A DNA stretch of 64,000 bases from the NCBI RefSeq assembly GCF_001447785.1, contig NW_015168111.1:100354-164353 (forward strand), read 5' to 3'. The DNA comes from Gekko japonicus (lineage: Eukaryota). Numbering within the stretch: position 1 is the first letter of the stretch; each line of letters starts with the position of its first letter. Below the pieces are notes generated by a model. The model was not told where the DNA came from. It saw only the letters and a program-made list of their open reading frames with translations, and did not search any database. Of this stretch, positions 45,075 to 57,677 are shown one piece after another. A program made the translations under genes and the position numbers.

Positions 45075-46034
45075 ATGAGACAGACAGAAAAAATTGAAGA
45101 GAATCAGACCAGTGTCACAGAATTCATTCTTGTGGGGTTTTCTAATCATCCTGAACTCCAAGCTCCCCTTTTCCTCATCTTCCTTCTGGTGTACACCGTA
45201 ACTCTGACTGGAAATGTCCTCATCATTCTCATCACAACATTGGACTCTGCCCTTCAGAGCCCCATGTACTTCTTCCTCCGGAACCTGTCTTCCTTGGAAA
45301 TCTGCTTCAATTTGGTCATTGTCCCCAAGATGTTGGTGGACTTCCTCAGAGAGAACAAGACCATCTCCTATTCTGGTTGTGCTGCACAAATGTATTTCTT
45401 CTTCTTCTTTGGTGCCGCTGAGTGCTGCCTTCTGGCTGCGATGGCGTATGACCGTTACGTTGCCATCTGCAACCCGTTACGCTATCCCGACATCATGAAC
45501 CGAAGAGCTTGCTTCCAACTGGCTGGTGCTTCATGGTTCTCAGGTTTCCCCGTGTCTACTGTCCAGACCACATGGATATTCAGCTTGCCATTTTGTGGAC
45601 CCAACATAGTCAATCACTTTTTTTGTGACAGTCCTCCAGTACTAGAACTGGCCTGCGCTGATACCCACATGTTTGAAATTGAAGCTCTCACAGCCACAGT
45701 GCTCTTCATCATGTTTCCTTTCCTCTTGATTCTGCTCACTTATGTCCGCATCATCACTACCATTCTGAGAATGCCATCAGCAGAGGGCAGGCACAAAGCC
45801 TTCTCAACGTGTTCATCTCACCTTGTGGTGGTGACTCTGTTCTATGGCACAGCCACATCGACCTACTTCAGACCCAAATCTACCTACACTCCGGACACAA
45901 AGAAGATCCTCTCTCTCTCCTACACTGTCATCACCCCCATGTTAAATCCCATCATCTACAGCTTGAGAAACAAGGAGGTAAAAGGTGCATTGAAGCGAAC
46001 ACTGGGCAGGAGAATATTTGCATACCAAAAATAA
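45075..46034 (+). CDS. Olfactory receptor, family 10A (OR10A4-like), 319 aa
   Basis: NQT site, ALQSPMYFFLRNLS, FNLVIVPKM, GAAECCLLAAMAYDRYVAIC, FEIEALTATV, KAFSTCSSH. First ATG is 45075; the track start at 45027 is TTG. Confidence 0.97.
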   Translation: MRQTEKIEENQTSVTEFILVGFSNHPELQAPLFLIFLLVYTVTLTGNVLIILITTLDSALQSPMYFFLRNLSSLEICFNLVIVPKMLVDFLRENKTISYSGCAAQMYFFFFFGAAECCLLAAMAYDRYVAICNPLRYPDIMNRRACFQLAGASWFSGFPVSTVQTTWIFSLPFCGPNIVNHFFCDSPPVLELACADTHMFEIEALTATVLFIMFPFLLILLTYVRIITTILRMPSAEGRHKAFSTCSSHLVVVTLFYGTATSTYFRPKSTYTPDTKKILSLSYTVITPMLNPIIYSLRNKEVKGALKRTLGRRIFAYQK

Positions 46035-46371
46035 TTTTGTTTTGTGATCGTGCTGGCTGTGCTAATTCTGTTTTCTTAGTGTTAAGTTGTATTGTGCTTA
46101 TTTCATTGCTGTTACCCACCTTGGGTCCAGTATTAAGAAAATGTGCTTATCACTTAATAGCTGCAAACAAAAACAGTGAAGGTGTTGAGCCAACACTGAA
46201 TGCTGGGTGTCACACATGAACCATTACAAGTATGCTTGTTTTGCTCTGCTCACCAATGCCATAGCTTGCTGCGCTCACAATAATTAATACTTTGAATACT
46301 TAATCATGTTTCCTTTTCCCTTGATTCTGCTCACTTATGTTCACTACTTTTTTTTTTGAAACTGTAGCCAA

Positions 46372-46592
46372 AATTAGATTTATCATAAATGTCCTACCCC
46401 ACCTTTCTTTCCAATGGGGACCAAAAGCGGCTCACTTGTTTTCCTCTCCTCAGTTTTATCCTGACAACCGACTTATGAGGTAGGAGTGGCTGAAAGTGTG
46501 TGAATGGCACAAAGGTCAACCAGCAACTTTCAGATGCCAACCTGAATCTCCTTAATCCTATTTAGGGGTTCTAATTACACACTACACTGACT
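46372..46592 (-). mobile_element. Older Squam3/MIR-like SINE
   Basis: CCAATGGGGACCAAAAGCGGCT...TGAGGTAGG...GCTGA...AAGGTCA.CCAGCAA...ACTACACTG; diverged. Confidence 0.6.
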
Positions 46593-46622
46593 GATAGCTT
46601 CAGGGATATTCTTAAACACTCT

Positions 46623-46900
46623 GGCCGAATCTGCATTTGTCGTTCCCACCGGTGTCCCAGCTTTCTGACTCCATCTTCAAAAAAGCTGTCTACATTTGGT
46701 TTCGTTTTCATACCTCAACAGTGCTAGCATACTTTTGCATGTCTGCATATGTTTATCACCCTCCCGTGGCGGCTCCACTATCATTGTGCCTCCACAGTGC
46801 TTTAAAAGAATCTTCTCCAAACAACTTTCAAACAAGCATAGAGAAAGACGATGTCGCAGCAGTATGAAACTGATTTAAAAATGCAAATGCAGATTCAACC
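46623..46900. mobile_element. PIF/Harbinger-type MITE
   Basis: TIRs GGCCGAATCTGCATTTG / CAAATGCAGATTCAACC; 3-bp direct repeat TCT. Confidence 0.75.
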
Positions 46901-47316
46901 TCTCTCTTTTGAAAAGGAAGAGTTATTTTCCACCCTTCATGTCTTGTGCTGCCTTCACCTTCCCTGTCTGTGCTGCCTGCCATTCTGACTTCTCATGAGT
47001 AAACCTTTGCTTCCATTGCAAATAACAGAGAGGTGTCTGAGAGCTAAACTGTGCTAGGAGGTTCCAGTTCCCTTCATTTTTGGCACTGCATGTCCCACCA
47101 TCATTCTAAAGTTGGTGGCCAATTATGGGACTCCCACCTTAATTTGATAATGAGTTATGGCTGTCACAAATGAAGAACCCAAGCTTCCATAACAAATAGC
47201 TTGGGGATGGGAGTCTCAAGGTTACTTGGGGCAGGATGTTCCATTCTGCCTTAAAAAAAAAAAAAAAAAAAGACTGCAAGTCCCATCGTCATCCTGAAGC
47301 AGGTAGCCATGGCTGA

Positions 47317-47426
47317 GGCTGCAGTCACACATGCTAAATTTTTACTATTTAAACTGGCAAAATCCAGTCGGAAAGTGCATTGAAAATGGATTGAAAGTGG
47401 ATTATTTAGCGTGTGTGACCACAGCC
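47317..47426. mobile_element. Palindromic PIF/Harbinger-type MITE
   Basis: TIRs GGCTGCAGTCACAC / GTGTGACCACAGCC; TSD TGA. Confidence 0.85.
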
Positions 47427-47566
47427 TGAGATTCCTAGTTTTATTTTCTGGCAAGTTCTATCTTTAAAGATTCAGTCTCCTCACTAATATATGATGGGAG
47501 CTTGGGGGGTATTTAAGCTGGATTTAACTGGGTCTTCCATTCTGTGTCTGCATGTGTGTGCATGTA

Positions 47567-47745
47567 AAAGGCCATCATGTCACAGCCAACTCACAGCAGC
47601 CCCACCCCAGGGCTTTCAAGGCAGGTGAGAAGCAGAGGTGGTATACCATTGACTTCCTCTATGGAGTCTTCTTTGGGGGTCTCACTTTCACATACCGGCC
47701 TTGCTTAACTTCTGATATCTGACAAGATCAGGCTACATCATGCTG
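47567..47745 (-). mobile_element. 5S-derived SINE (diverged)
   Basis: GTCACAGCCAACT...TTCAAGGCA...GAGGTGGT...TGCTTAACTTCTGATATCTGACAAGATCAGGCT. Confidence 0.7.
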
Positions 47746-47904
47746 CCTGCCCTCCCAGTTTTCCATACTACAGTGATACGTAATAAATGTACATAATAAA
47801 ATATTGAGTTATTACTACATTGTGCTGTATTTCATTTTTTTTAAAGTGTGTTACTAGACTCTTATAATTTCAACTGTTGAGGATAATAGCAATGCTAATA
47901 GCAT

Positions 47905-48048
47905 TGGTGCTTAGTCATGCCGACCACACGACCACGGAAACGTCTTCGGACAGCGCTGGCTCTTCGGCTTTGAAATGGAGATGAGCACTGCAACTCTAGA
48001 GTCAGACTCGACTGGCTTTCAAGCAAGGGAACCTTTACCTTTACCTTT
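47905..48048 (+). mobile_element. Sauria SINE, 3' part
   Basis: TTAGTCATGCCG.CCACA...GGAACCTTTACCTTTACCTTT. Confidence 0.92.
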
Positions 48049-48775
48049 TTATAAACTTGTTCATGAATGTAGAAATTGAGGTTATTTTCCCCCCAACACT
48101 CTACCCTTTTAAAGCAGTGGCTTGAGATTGTGACAGCTCTAACACTTAGTGTTATATTGCAAATGCTGGCTTGTTTTCAAAATGTTCACTTTGGTGTAAC
48201 AACTTGGTTGTTTGACCATTTTTTAATCTACAAAAACATTAAAAATCTACCTTAAAAACGACAAAGAAAACCAAAGTAACCTTAATGGCCTAACCAAAAT
48301 CTAAGAGAAACTTTTCTATGTAGATTTTGCATCTACCACACAAATTACAAAAAGACAAAAAGAAAGAAAGAAAGGTCTTTATAATATACTTGGTCATATT
48401 TATTGTCCACAAAACACAGATGTAAACATAGAAGACTGCAAGCATTCAAATGAATTGATTATAAGTATTAGCACAAACCAAGGGCAATCATTCAAAATAG
48501 AATCCATTCCTGATGATTCATTGATATCATAGATACTATTAGTCAGGGCAAAGCTCCTGAACATATCTTTCACAGGGGAGATAGTTTCAAAGAATCTGGA
48601 CAACAGTTGTGAGTCAGCCCCTTACAATACTTAACCAGCCCTGCATACCTTCACCTGTAGTCTATTGAGCTAAGAGGCAGGAAAGGATTCAACAACAGAC
48701 CTAATACTAACCCCCCCACCTTTCTACACTTCTGTCAAAGACTGCCTCAAAGTCACATCACTCATTCTATTCTTG

Positions 48776-48988
48776 TAGAGTTTCAACATCCAGGTAAGGC
48801 CTGGAGATCTTCTAGAATTACAATTGATTCCAGACAACAGTGATCAGTTCCCCTGGAGAAAACAGCTGCTTTGGTGGTGGACTCTATGGCCTTATACTCT
48901 GCTGAGGTCCATCCCCTTCCTAAACCCCATCAGCCCCAGCCTCTACCCCCAAATCTCCAGGAATCTCCCAACAGTGTTGGCAACCCTA
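48776..48988 (+). mobile_element. hAT-like repeat (TAGGGTTGCCA family)
   Basis: Degenerate left end TAGAGTTTCAA, right end TGGCAACCCTA, family core. Confidence 0.75.
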
Positions 48989-49035
48989 GGCACCTGTACC
49001 TGATATTGTCACCCATGTTTTAACAGAGCTGTCTC

Positions 49036-49071
49036 TTCCTTCCTTCCTTCCTTCCTTCCTTCCTTCCTTCC
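49036..49071. repeat. (CTTC)n microsatellite
   Basis: Seen directly. Confidence 0.95.
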
Positions 49072-49170
49072 TGTCTGCCAAGTAAATCCTGAACATCTTC
49101 CATGAGGTCGCCACATTGTAGAGGATTCATTTGTTGGGGGTCAACTGTGAGCCTCCTGAGCCTCATCTTT

Positions 49171-49380
49171 TTATTTTCCATCAAGTCACAGCAAACGCAC
49201 GTTGACCCCATGTAGTTTCCAGACAAGATACACTTAGAGGTGGTTTGCCATTTCCTGCCTCTGCACAACAACCCTGGACATCCTTGGTGGTCTCTCATCC
49301 AAGTACCAATCAGGGCTGTCCCAGCTTAACTTCCCAAAGCTGCTGAAATCAGGCTCACCTGGGCTATCCAGGTCAGGGCA
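49171..49380 (-). mobile_element. 5S-derived SINE
   Basis: GGTCTCTCATCCAAGTACCAA...GCTTAACTTCC; degenerate TSD AGCCTCATCTTT/AGCCTTATCATT. Confidence 0.8.
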
Positions 49381-49568
49381 AGCCTTATCATTACTAAGAA
49401 TTAAGACTGGTGGTATTCTTCTTTAAGTTAGAATAACGTCCTCCAGCCCATGAATATTTTCTTCAGCTTAAGCAGATCTCATATTGGAAGAAGCGTCCTT
49501 TAAACTGGAATGAGTCTCCTTAGGATGGAGGAAGGCATCAGACTTTGCTTAGCAGAGTGGTAAACTAC

Positions 49569-50054
49569 TGGCCATTCTCACTAGGACATATCTTACATCC
49601 ACCTGCAGCTTTGTGTTACAAAGGCCCCTGCCAAACGGCAGGGAAAACACCCGGCAAATAGAGCCGCACCAAAAAAGAGACGTGCGGGCGGGATCCCACA
49701 GATACCATGCACCGCGCGCCGTTGCTCCCCGGCACGATCAGATGCCGGGGAGGTAGGGACGCTCGGGAGGGGGAGGCTGCCAAACTGCGCATGCTCACAC
49801 ATGCGCAGTTCGGCTGGGGGCCGGGGATGCGCCGGTGGCAAGACGCACCGCCGATCCCACGGCCAGCGATGATATGGACCAAACGGATGAACCACCTAGG
49901 TAGGTGGTTCAGTTTTGAAGCGCTTCATCGGAGGAAGGGCTGGATCGGAGACGGGAGCACAATGCCAGCCAGATGTTGACGTGGGATCGCGCCCGTTTGC
50001 TGTGCTTCCAATCCGGCCCACTCCCGGCCCAAAACGCCTCATATGAACAGGGCC
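49569..50054 (-). mobile_element. CpG-rich PIF/Harbinger-type element
   Basis: Reverse-complement homolog of the 15626 element (CAGCAAACGGGCGCGATC, CAACATCTGG) with the same internal hairpin. Confidence 0.75.
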
Positions 50055-50208
50055 AAAGAAAGTCAGTTGTAGTAGATTTGTTGTCTTCAGGGAAGCTCAT
50101 CAAATGTTACTGTTCTCACTGACAGTGATTCCATTGTGGAGGAATTCCTAGTCTACCAAGAACACTGGCTGAATGATACATATTTCAAAAGTCTGATGCT
50201 GAATGTTA

Positions 50209-51198
50209 TCACAAATGGAATTCCTTTGACAACTCAAGTTCTTTTCTATTAAAATTCATTTTCAGAATTATTTTTTTCAAGGCTGTTTTCATATCCTGGT
50301 TCCTTAAAGTGTAGATCATTGGGTTGAGCATTGGTGTGACAACACTGTACACCACAGCTATGATTTTGTTCATGTTAAAGGAAGAACGGGTGGTTGGACT
50401 TACATACATGAAAATCACTGTCCCATAGTACAGAGAGACAACAGTCAGATGAGAAGCGCAGGTGGAGAAAGCTTTGTGACGTCCATGAGAGGATGGTATT
50501 TTCAATATGGTTACAGTAATGTAGATGTAGGAGACCACTGTGGACAGGAATGTGCTCAGAATCACCATAGCAGAGAGTAGAAACACAGTCTTCTGAGTAA
50601 TAGATGTGTCTATGCAAGCCAGACTTAATAGTGGGGGAATGTCACAAAAGAAATGGTTTATTACATTGGGCCCACAAAATGGTAAGTTAATCACCACAAT
50701 GGCAGCCACTAAAGGGGACAGGCAGCCCCCTGCCCAGCAACCAATCACTAGAAGCACACACACTCTTTTATTCATGATTGTGGAATATCTGAGAGGGTAG
50801 CATATGGCAACATACCGGTCATAAGCCATAATTGCAAGGAGGAAGCATTCAGCTGACCCAAGGAAGAAGAAGCAGTAGGACTGCAACAAGCACCCAGCAA
50901 AGCTAATGGTGTGCACATTTGTCAACAAGATGGATAGCAGTTTGGGAACAGTGGAAGAGGTATATCCTATATCCAGCAGTGATAGGTTCCCTAAAAAGAA
51001 GTACATGGGAGTTTGAAGGTGGCTGTCAGTCTTAACTGTGATGATTATGATCATGTTGCCCATCAGTGTAAAAAGGTACATCATGAGGAAGAGAGAAAAC
51101 AGTGACATTTCTACTTTCCTAGTATTAGGAAAGCCCAGGATAATGAACTTTGTAACTATAGTATGGTTCCAATGTTCTTCAGGCCACTTTTCCAACAT
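50209..51198 (-). CDS. Olfactory receptor, family 6/11-like, 329 aa
   Basis: NHT site, HLQTPMYFFLGNLS, MAYDRYVAICYPLRY, HFFCDIPPLLSLAC, KAFSTCASHLTVV, MNKIIAVVYSVVTPMLNP. Confidence 0.96.
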   Translation of the reverse strand: MLEKWPEEHWNHTIVTKFIILGFPNTRKVEMSLFSLFLMMYLFTLMGNMIIIITVKTDSHLQTPMYFFLGNLSLLDIGYTSSTVPKLLSILLTNVHTISFAGCLLQSYCFFFLGSAECFLLAIMAYDRYVAICYPLRYSTIMNKRVCVLLVIGCWAGGCLSPLVAAIVVINLPFCGPNVINHFFCDIPPLLSLACIDTSITQKTVFLLSAMVILSTFLSTVVSYIYITVTILKIPSSHGRHKAFSTCASHLTVVSLYYGTVIFMYVSPTTRSSFNMNKIIAVVYSVVTPMLNPMIYTLRNQDMKTALKKIILKMNFNRKELELSKEFHL

Positions 51199-51726
51199 CT
51201 ATAAGAGGTAGGAAACAGTATTTTAATACTTAGGTGTTGTTTTTTTAAAGGGGGGAGCCAATACAGAAATGAAAATGAAATTAAATATGCACCTCCCCCC
51301 CCCACACACACAATTAAAGAACAAATTCCACACACTTAGTAAGGGGCAAAAACTGGAAATGTGGATTGATTTATTCTTAGTAAAGAATCTTCCACTGGTA
51401 AAAAAGCTTTAGTAATTGAGGGGAAAGTTCTTTCCTCTAATGGGGTGAGTCTAACAAAAAAAAAATTCTCAGTGTAAAGAACTGTTGGACTCAGTCCTTG
51501 AGGTCTGAAGTCTAAAAATAAAGCAAAAAGAGAAGTTGGTATCAAGGAACTATTTACCCCAGAACAGTTTAAATTGTCCTAAAATTTTGAATGGAATTTA
51601 ATTTGACATCAAATTTTAGTGCTTCTCCACGCTGGAAAGACCTAAAGAATTTTGAATGATAAACAGAGATTTGGATCATATGACCCCCTCTTCTGCTAAT
51701 ACATTTGTTTATTTGATAGATATTAG

Positions 51727-51908
51727 GGGTTGAATCCAGCCTTTCTTTTCTATGTAGTTTTATCCGGTTAACCTCTTCATTACTAGTCCCCAACACACAT
51801 GGCTTTTGTCAAGGTAGATCCTATGATTCCCAGTATATTCTTTTAGGTGACCAAAGGAGACTTCCTCCTGACCTTTTTTACTAAGAAAAAAGCTCACTGG
51901 ATCCAATC
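51727..51908 (-). mobile_element. Old MITE (GGATCCAAC family)
   Basis: GGGTTGAATCCAG...CTGGATCCAATC termini. Confidence 0.55.
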
Positions 51909-52101
51909 ATTAATGTTGTCTTTTGATATTAAACAGGCCCCAAACAAGCTACATGCTTGTTCTAGATTAAAATGCTGCTTTCTCCTCTTTCTAACTTACT
52001 GGAAGACAGTGATAAGATCAGATAACATTAGGGCTAAACTACATGTTATGTTTTTGGTAAATTGGGGTAGAGTTTCTCTGGAAACCATATGCTTTCTTTA
52101 T

Positions 52102-52221
52102 GGCTGCAGTCACACACTTTCAATCCACTTTCAGTCCACTTTCAGTGCATTTTCCGACTGGATCTCACTGCGTGAACTGGCAAAATCCAGGTGGGAAGTG
52201 CATGTATGTGTGACCACAGCC
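52102..52221. mobile_element. Palindromic PIF/Harbinger-type MITE
   Basis: Same TIRs as 47317; TSD TAT. Confidence 0.85.
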
Positions 52222-52829
52222 TATATCAATTTAGAAATACACATCAAGTATGCAAATAAACAGCCTGCTGGGGCTGTTTTGGCTTGGGGGAAATTCCATG
52301 GAAGTGAAAGCAGGATCCTTTCCTCTCCTCACTCTGGAATTCTAGCCAGAATTGAGCTCCTGTGGACTTCAGAAATGTCTTTCCCACAGCTGCAGCATGA
52401 CTGCAGGGAAAGCATGTCAGGTCCAAGGGAACCCCAACCAAACTCACTAAATAAATGAAACCTATCGTTTAGCCCTCAGTGAAATTTCTCTTAGTGGGGA
52501 TTGAGGTAATCTGAAGATCTCTGCCTTAATAATGAGATTCACCTAGGGTAAAATATTAAACAAAATTCAGAAGTTCCTCTTCTAGTAAATTATTTAAACA
52601 TGTGAAAGCAGAAGAAAGATCCATGGCATTGTTCAGAAAAGTTCTTATATCTAAATATACAAGTAAAACCTGATTTCCCACTTGTTTCCCACTAATTCTG
52701 AGAAACCTTCCACCAAAATACGCAGGACTTTTGTGATATCTCTGCCCCAAGACTCCTACGTTTGAGAACTACTGCTACACAGATACATCCACATATATTA
52801 GGTTTTATAACATATACCAGGTGATGGGG

Positions 52830-53035
52830 CCTTATCTTGATGGCCCAGGCTACCCTGATCTCAGAGGCTAAGCAGGGTTGGTTCTGGTTAGTACTTTGGA
52901 CAGGAGACTTCCGAGGAAGTCCAGGTTTGCTATGCGGAGGCAGGCAATGGCAGACCTCCTCTGAATGCCTCTTGACTTGAATACCATACGATGTCATCAT
53001 GAGTCAGCTATGACTTTCTGGCACTTTACACACAC
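52830..53035 (+). mobile_element. 5S-derived SINE
   Basis: GATCTCAGAGGCTAAGCAGGG...CTGGTTAGTACTTTGGACAGGAGAC; tail GAGTCAGCTATGACTT...GGCACTTTACACAC. Confidence 0.85.
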
Positions 53036-55181
53036 ATTCTATATGATGGTGCCAGAAATAAATTAGCAGGAACTTGCTTTGTAAAGCTCATTCACTCTTC
53101 TATCTGCTTCGGGCCTATTGTGCAACTTAACTAAATACTGCAAAATATTTATCATTGCCTTTTGTCTACTTCCCACATAAACTCCTCAACTATATGGAAA
53201 TGTGGGAGTGCTAATGGCAATATTTTCCAGTTCACAGTGGCTTTCTACATTATCTCTCAAGGTATTGCAATTATTTTTGAAATCCTTGGCTGGGCATAGA
53301 CAGTTTGATTTTTTGACCATCTAAGGATTTCTATACACATCTAAATGATATGTCTTTTTTCTAGAGGAAGGACTTTTACATGGGTCAAAACCATATGTCA
53401 TAGGGGTCTACTGAGAAGGAGAATTAGGCTAAATTGATCAAAAAAGCTGGCTTATTCTGAGTATGGTTAGGATTGACTTCCATTTCTTGCAGTGCATTGA
53501 AAAGTGATCATGTTAGAAAATGAGTCCTATGTCATATTCACTACATAAAAAAAGAAAGTAAACTTACCTTATTGGCCCCAAATAAAAGAGGCATGTGGAG
53601 GGTGTCTGCTTTTATTTTTATCCTTTGTGTATGTTGTAAAAATACAAACAATAACAATGGGGGGTTAAAATAAAATATCGTTATACAAAGTTACAAAATT
53701 AATAAACCAACTTATTTTTATTTAATAAGATATAACGTGATAAAATAGAGGATAGGCTTGGTTTGTTTGTTTCTAAATCTTTGCCTTGGACTACATCCTT
53801 AAATTTCCCCAAGAAAGTAAGCACTGGCTCCAATGCCATTTGAAATGAGTAGTAGTATCTCTGAGACTGTTATGTGTCTCTTGGGTTTTGATGGAATTAG
53901 CCTCAAGTGAGCATATGTGTAGATCTGGAAAAAGCTGAGAAAGATAATGTGCTCATTTCAGTAAATGGATGCATAATCCCAAATGACAGTGTGCTGTTCT
54001 ATGATGCAGGCCTGGCACTACGGGGTGATGAAGTTGAACATTTGCAGAGCTCCAAGGATGTACTCCCTTAAGTGCTGACACTCACAGTTTGCACATGGCA
54101 TCCAAAAAGAGCAAGAAAAGCAAGAGATAATTCTCACTTGACAATTCCTGTTTCTTTCAGACTAAGGGTAGCTTTATCCCCTCATGAATTCCAGGTGATG
54201 GACACAGTGATGCACTGGGATAGCATAGTGACTAATAGAATGAACTGAGATCCAATGAGATTGGAAGTTCTGATCTCATTCACAAATTTACAAGGGGATC
54301 ATAGCCAAGCCACTCCCTTTCAGCATTGGGTCCCCCACATCCAATATAGCAAACATAATCCTGACAGCTGTAATTATTACTGTGATTAACCATGTATGTG
54401 GAATACATTAAATGTAAAATGTACCATAAAACTCTATGTTATTTCTAAATGGCACTTGTCTTGATCATTGATCTATATTAATTTAGTGAGCCAAAATTGC
54501 TAGGTTTTGTGTTTGTGTATGTCTGTGTGAATATTTTCAACAACATTTAAAGTTGTCTCTAACATGAATGGCAGCATACACTGCAAAATAGTAAAGGCAA
54601 AGTAGAGACATGGTGACTTTTACATCCTCCTTTGCATCAATCTGTCTTTGTTGGCAACCCTAGGCCTGCCAGAACTCTCAGAGTGACTTCATGCCTCCTG
54701 ACTGGCATTACTTCACTAGCCCTGGCTGCTTGCTCCTGTTCAATAGGAGCTTCCCTATGGAAACTGCCTGGGTGATTTCAGACCAGCCACAGACTGTCTG
54801 CCTAACTTACTTTGCTGGGTTGCTGTATAGATCACAAAGTGGAAGAGGAGAATGAAGTAAGCTGCTTTGCTTCCCACTAACAAGAAAGACAAAACTTTGC
54901 CTAGGAAGAGGCTGCTGAGAGGGGAGGAGATAAAGTTGCCAACTTTAGGTACAGAAATTCCTGGAGATTTTAGGCGTGGGGCCTGGAGAGGGTGGGACCT
55001 CAGACAGGTACAGTGCCACAGACACCACACTAAGAAACTGTTAATGTGTCCAGGAGTGGTTGATATTACTCAATGATTCTATGACAGAAGGGGGGGACAG
55101 TAGTTCCTATGAGGGGAATTAGTTCCTTCGTTCCTCCTCCTCCTCTTAAATCAAACAAATATCATTTAGTTATTTTACCAT

Positions 55182-55469
55182 GAAGAAGAAGAAGAGAAGA
55201 CATTGGATTTATACCCCACCCTTCACTACCCAAAGGAGTCTCAGAGCGGCTTACAATCTCCTTTCCCTTCCCCTCCCCACAACAGACACCCTGTGAGGTA
55301 GGTGGGGCTGAGAGAGCTCTGACAGAAACTGCTCTTTTTCAAGAACAGCTGTGCCAGAACTACGGCTTGTGCAAGGTCATCCAGCCAGGTGCAAGTGGAG
55401 GAGTGGGGAATCAAACCCGGTTCTCCCAGTTTAGAGCCCACATACTTAACCACTACACCAAACTGGCTC
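55182..55469 (-). mobile_element. Squam3-type SINE
   Basis: Reverse-complement homolog of 33259-33546. Confidence 0.9.
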
Positions 55470-55689
55470 ACCAAACTGGGAGATTCTACTCCCTCCTCTT
55501 TCCACTCCTTCAGTCTTCTGCTTTCCACCCAAGCCCCCTTCCACAAGCCAGCACAGTTGCCCTCCAGCTCTTTCTGTTGTCTCACTTTAAAATTGCTGCT
55601 CTTATTCACTTCAACCATCTCTTGCACTCCTGAAAAAACATGCCTGTGGGCCCATATTGGGCCCCTGTGAACCACCACTTGCACTATGT

Positions 55690-55880
55690 TCACCACCTGA
55701 CACATTACAGATTGAACAGAGCTGTGATCCACCAATTATTCCTACACTCGGCCAACAATTTTGGCTTAAAACTGACAGAGCTTCCACATCTTTGGTGGGT
55801 CACGCACCTTCCACTGCACTTATACAAGTTGCAACACTGTTGACCTTCCTAATCTCCACAACCCTTCTGAACTTCCCTTA
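55690..55880 (+). mobile_element. Possible decayed Harbinger transposase N-terminal HTH region
   Basis: HYRLNRAVIHQL then, after a frameshift, KTDRAST...HAPSTALIQVATLLTFLIS; resembles RYRLSRxxIxxL...TxRSHALxxxxQVLxxLxFLAS. Confidence 0.3.
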
Positions 55881-57084
55881 GTGAAGAAAGGCACCACCGT
55901 ATCATTGCCTGAGAACACCCCAATGGTTTCCCATCACAAGCAACTTCCAGGCCAGAGATGAAAACTTACAGCTGTTTTTGCACATGGACAACTTTATGTG
56001 GCTTTCCAGGATCTCAGAGTTCACATAACTGATGGGCCCAAGCAAGGAAGACTACTACCCCATTCTGACAAAGTCTTCACCAGAAATGTTGTCAACAAAG
56101 AGGTCCTTCAGTCATCATGGTATTTTCTAATGTGATTTCACTGTTTCTCTGTAGATCTGCCTACAGGGACTAATGTGTAACAAGTCGTCACCAAAACATG
56201 CTACTTTATGCTTCTAATTGCAGCCAGTACGTTCTGAATGCATGTACACTATCCAGTCACTACCCACTGCTTAGGCATACCTTTACTGCCTCTACCTCCT
56301 GACCCACAACAAACACCAACAACACACTGCCACTATGCCTTCTGTCAGGTGCCAGTTAACAACTCCCACTGTTTTTAGCACAAATACTTATACGGCCACA
56401 TTCCTCTTCTAACTTCACTTCTGTCCTGACCTCTACGATTACCTCTGACCTTGACCACTTCCATCAACACCTGTTCTCACACAGGGGACATGCGACGACC
56501 ACTTGCTCAGACATGCAAAAGAGACACCAGATGACTTTGCAAAATGCACAGATGCAGAACTTATTGAATGCTGCACCCTGTCACAGCTTTTCCAGCCCTA
56601 CGCATCCCAAAATCCATTCACCAACACTGTGATTATGGGCACTGCAACCTTACATCGTAAGACCATGGACAACAGTTACTCTCTAATACCATAAGGTATG
56701 CTGTTCTTCACTCCCACATTAGTTCTTTACACTGCAAAGCACTACTATGTCTTTACTCTGCCTGCAAGATACAAAATCATTGACCCCACCCACTTTCTAG
56801 ATTCTGTAGTATCCTCCCCACAATGGGCCTTATTCCTTGCCCTTGTTTAATTGCATCATATATATAAAATTAATTTCATGTCACTCACATCCATATCACA
56901 TTGTAAGTAGACAACTTCACACAGCTGTATCCGTAGTCCATGGGAAAATATGTTTTCAGAGCTTCAAAGGATCATGCCCATGGTCCATTCTTATAGTTTA
57001 GTATATTTGAACAGCTTGCTTCATTTTTTTTTTAAAGTCTGTTACATCCACACCACCCAGGTTTTCCCCCACCACCACATTAAG

Positions 57085-57246
57085 TGGGATTGTGCGGGCT
57101 TTCCCTCTTAATCTTATCTAATTCTTCCCACTGAAGCTCCCATTCCTATGGCTTTTGTGGAGTGTTGGTCCTATGATCACTAGCATAGCCTTTTTGGACT
57201 GTCCCCACTCTGTCTTCTTTATCCATGAAAAAGCTGACTGGATCTC
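57085..57246 (-). mobile_element. Old MITE (GGATCCAAC family)
   Basis: ATGGCTTTTGT...CTATGATC..TAGCATAGCCTTTTTGG...AAAAAGCTGACTGGATC. Confidence 0.5.
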
Positions 57247-57677
57247 TCCCATCTTACTCATTATAACATGTTAAATCTGAAGATAAAGCTTGTATGTATT
57301 TGTCAGTGTAAATATTCTGACAGTAACCCAGAAAGATCAAGTTACAAATGAGAGAACAAAATGGAAGACTAAAAAAATAAATAAATCACATTTTGCTATA
57401 TTTGTCCTAGACCCATATGTTCATGATGTAGGGACACAGCGGAACTCCCGTGTACCTGTGAGACTGATCTATAATTTTTTTAAAAGCCCTTCAGGTTCTG
57501 AAGAAACACATGAGTATAGGAAATTATGAGCAATCGTATCTAGAAGATGGCGGGGGGGGGGGGTTTAATATGACTCAAAATTAAGGAGAATGAAAATTAA
57601 GCATAACAACCACTGCAGCATCTGCAGTAATCATCTTTCCCTGGCTTGCTTCACATAATTAATACATTCAGCATGAT

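Noticed and set aside
51847-52458. 203-aa ORF, the longest non-OR ORF
   Set aside because: GTG start, runs through at least two MITEs, no domain.
55241-55735. 164-aa ORF
   Set aside because: The C-terminal half is a Squam3-type SINE translation.
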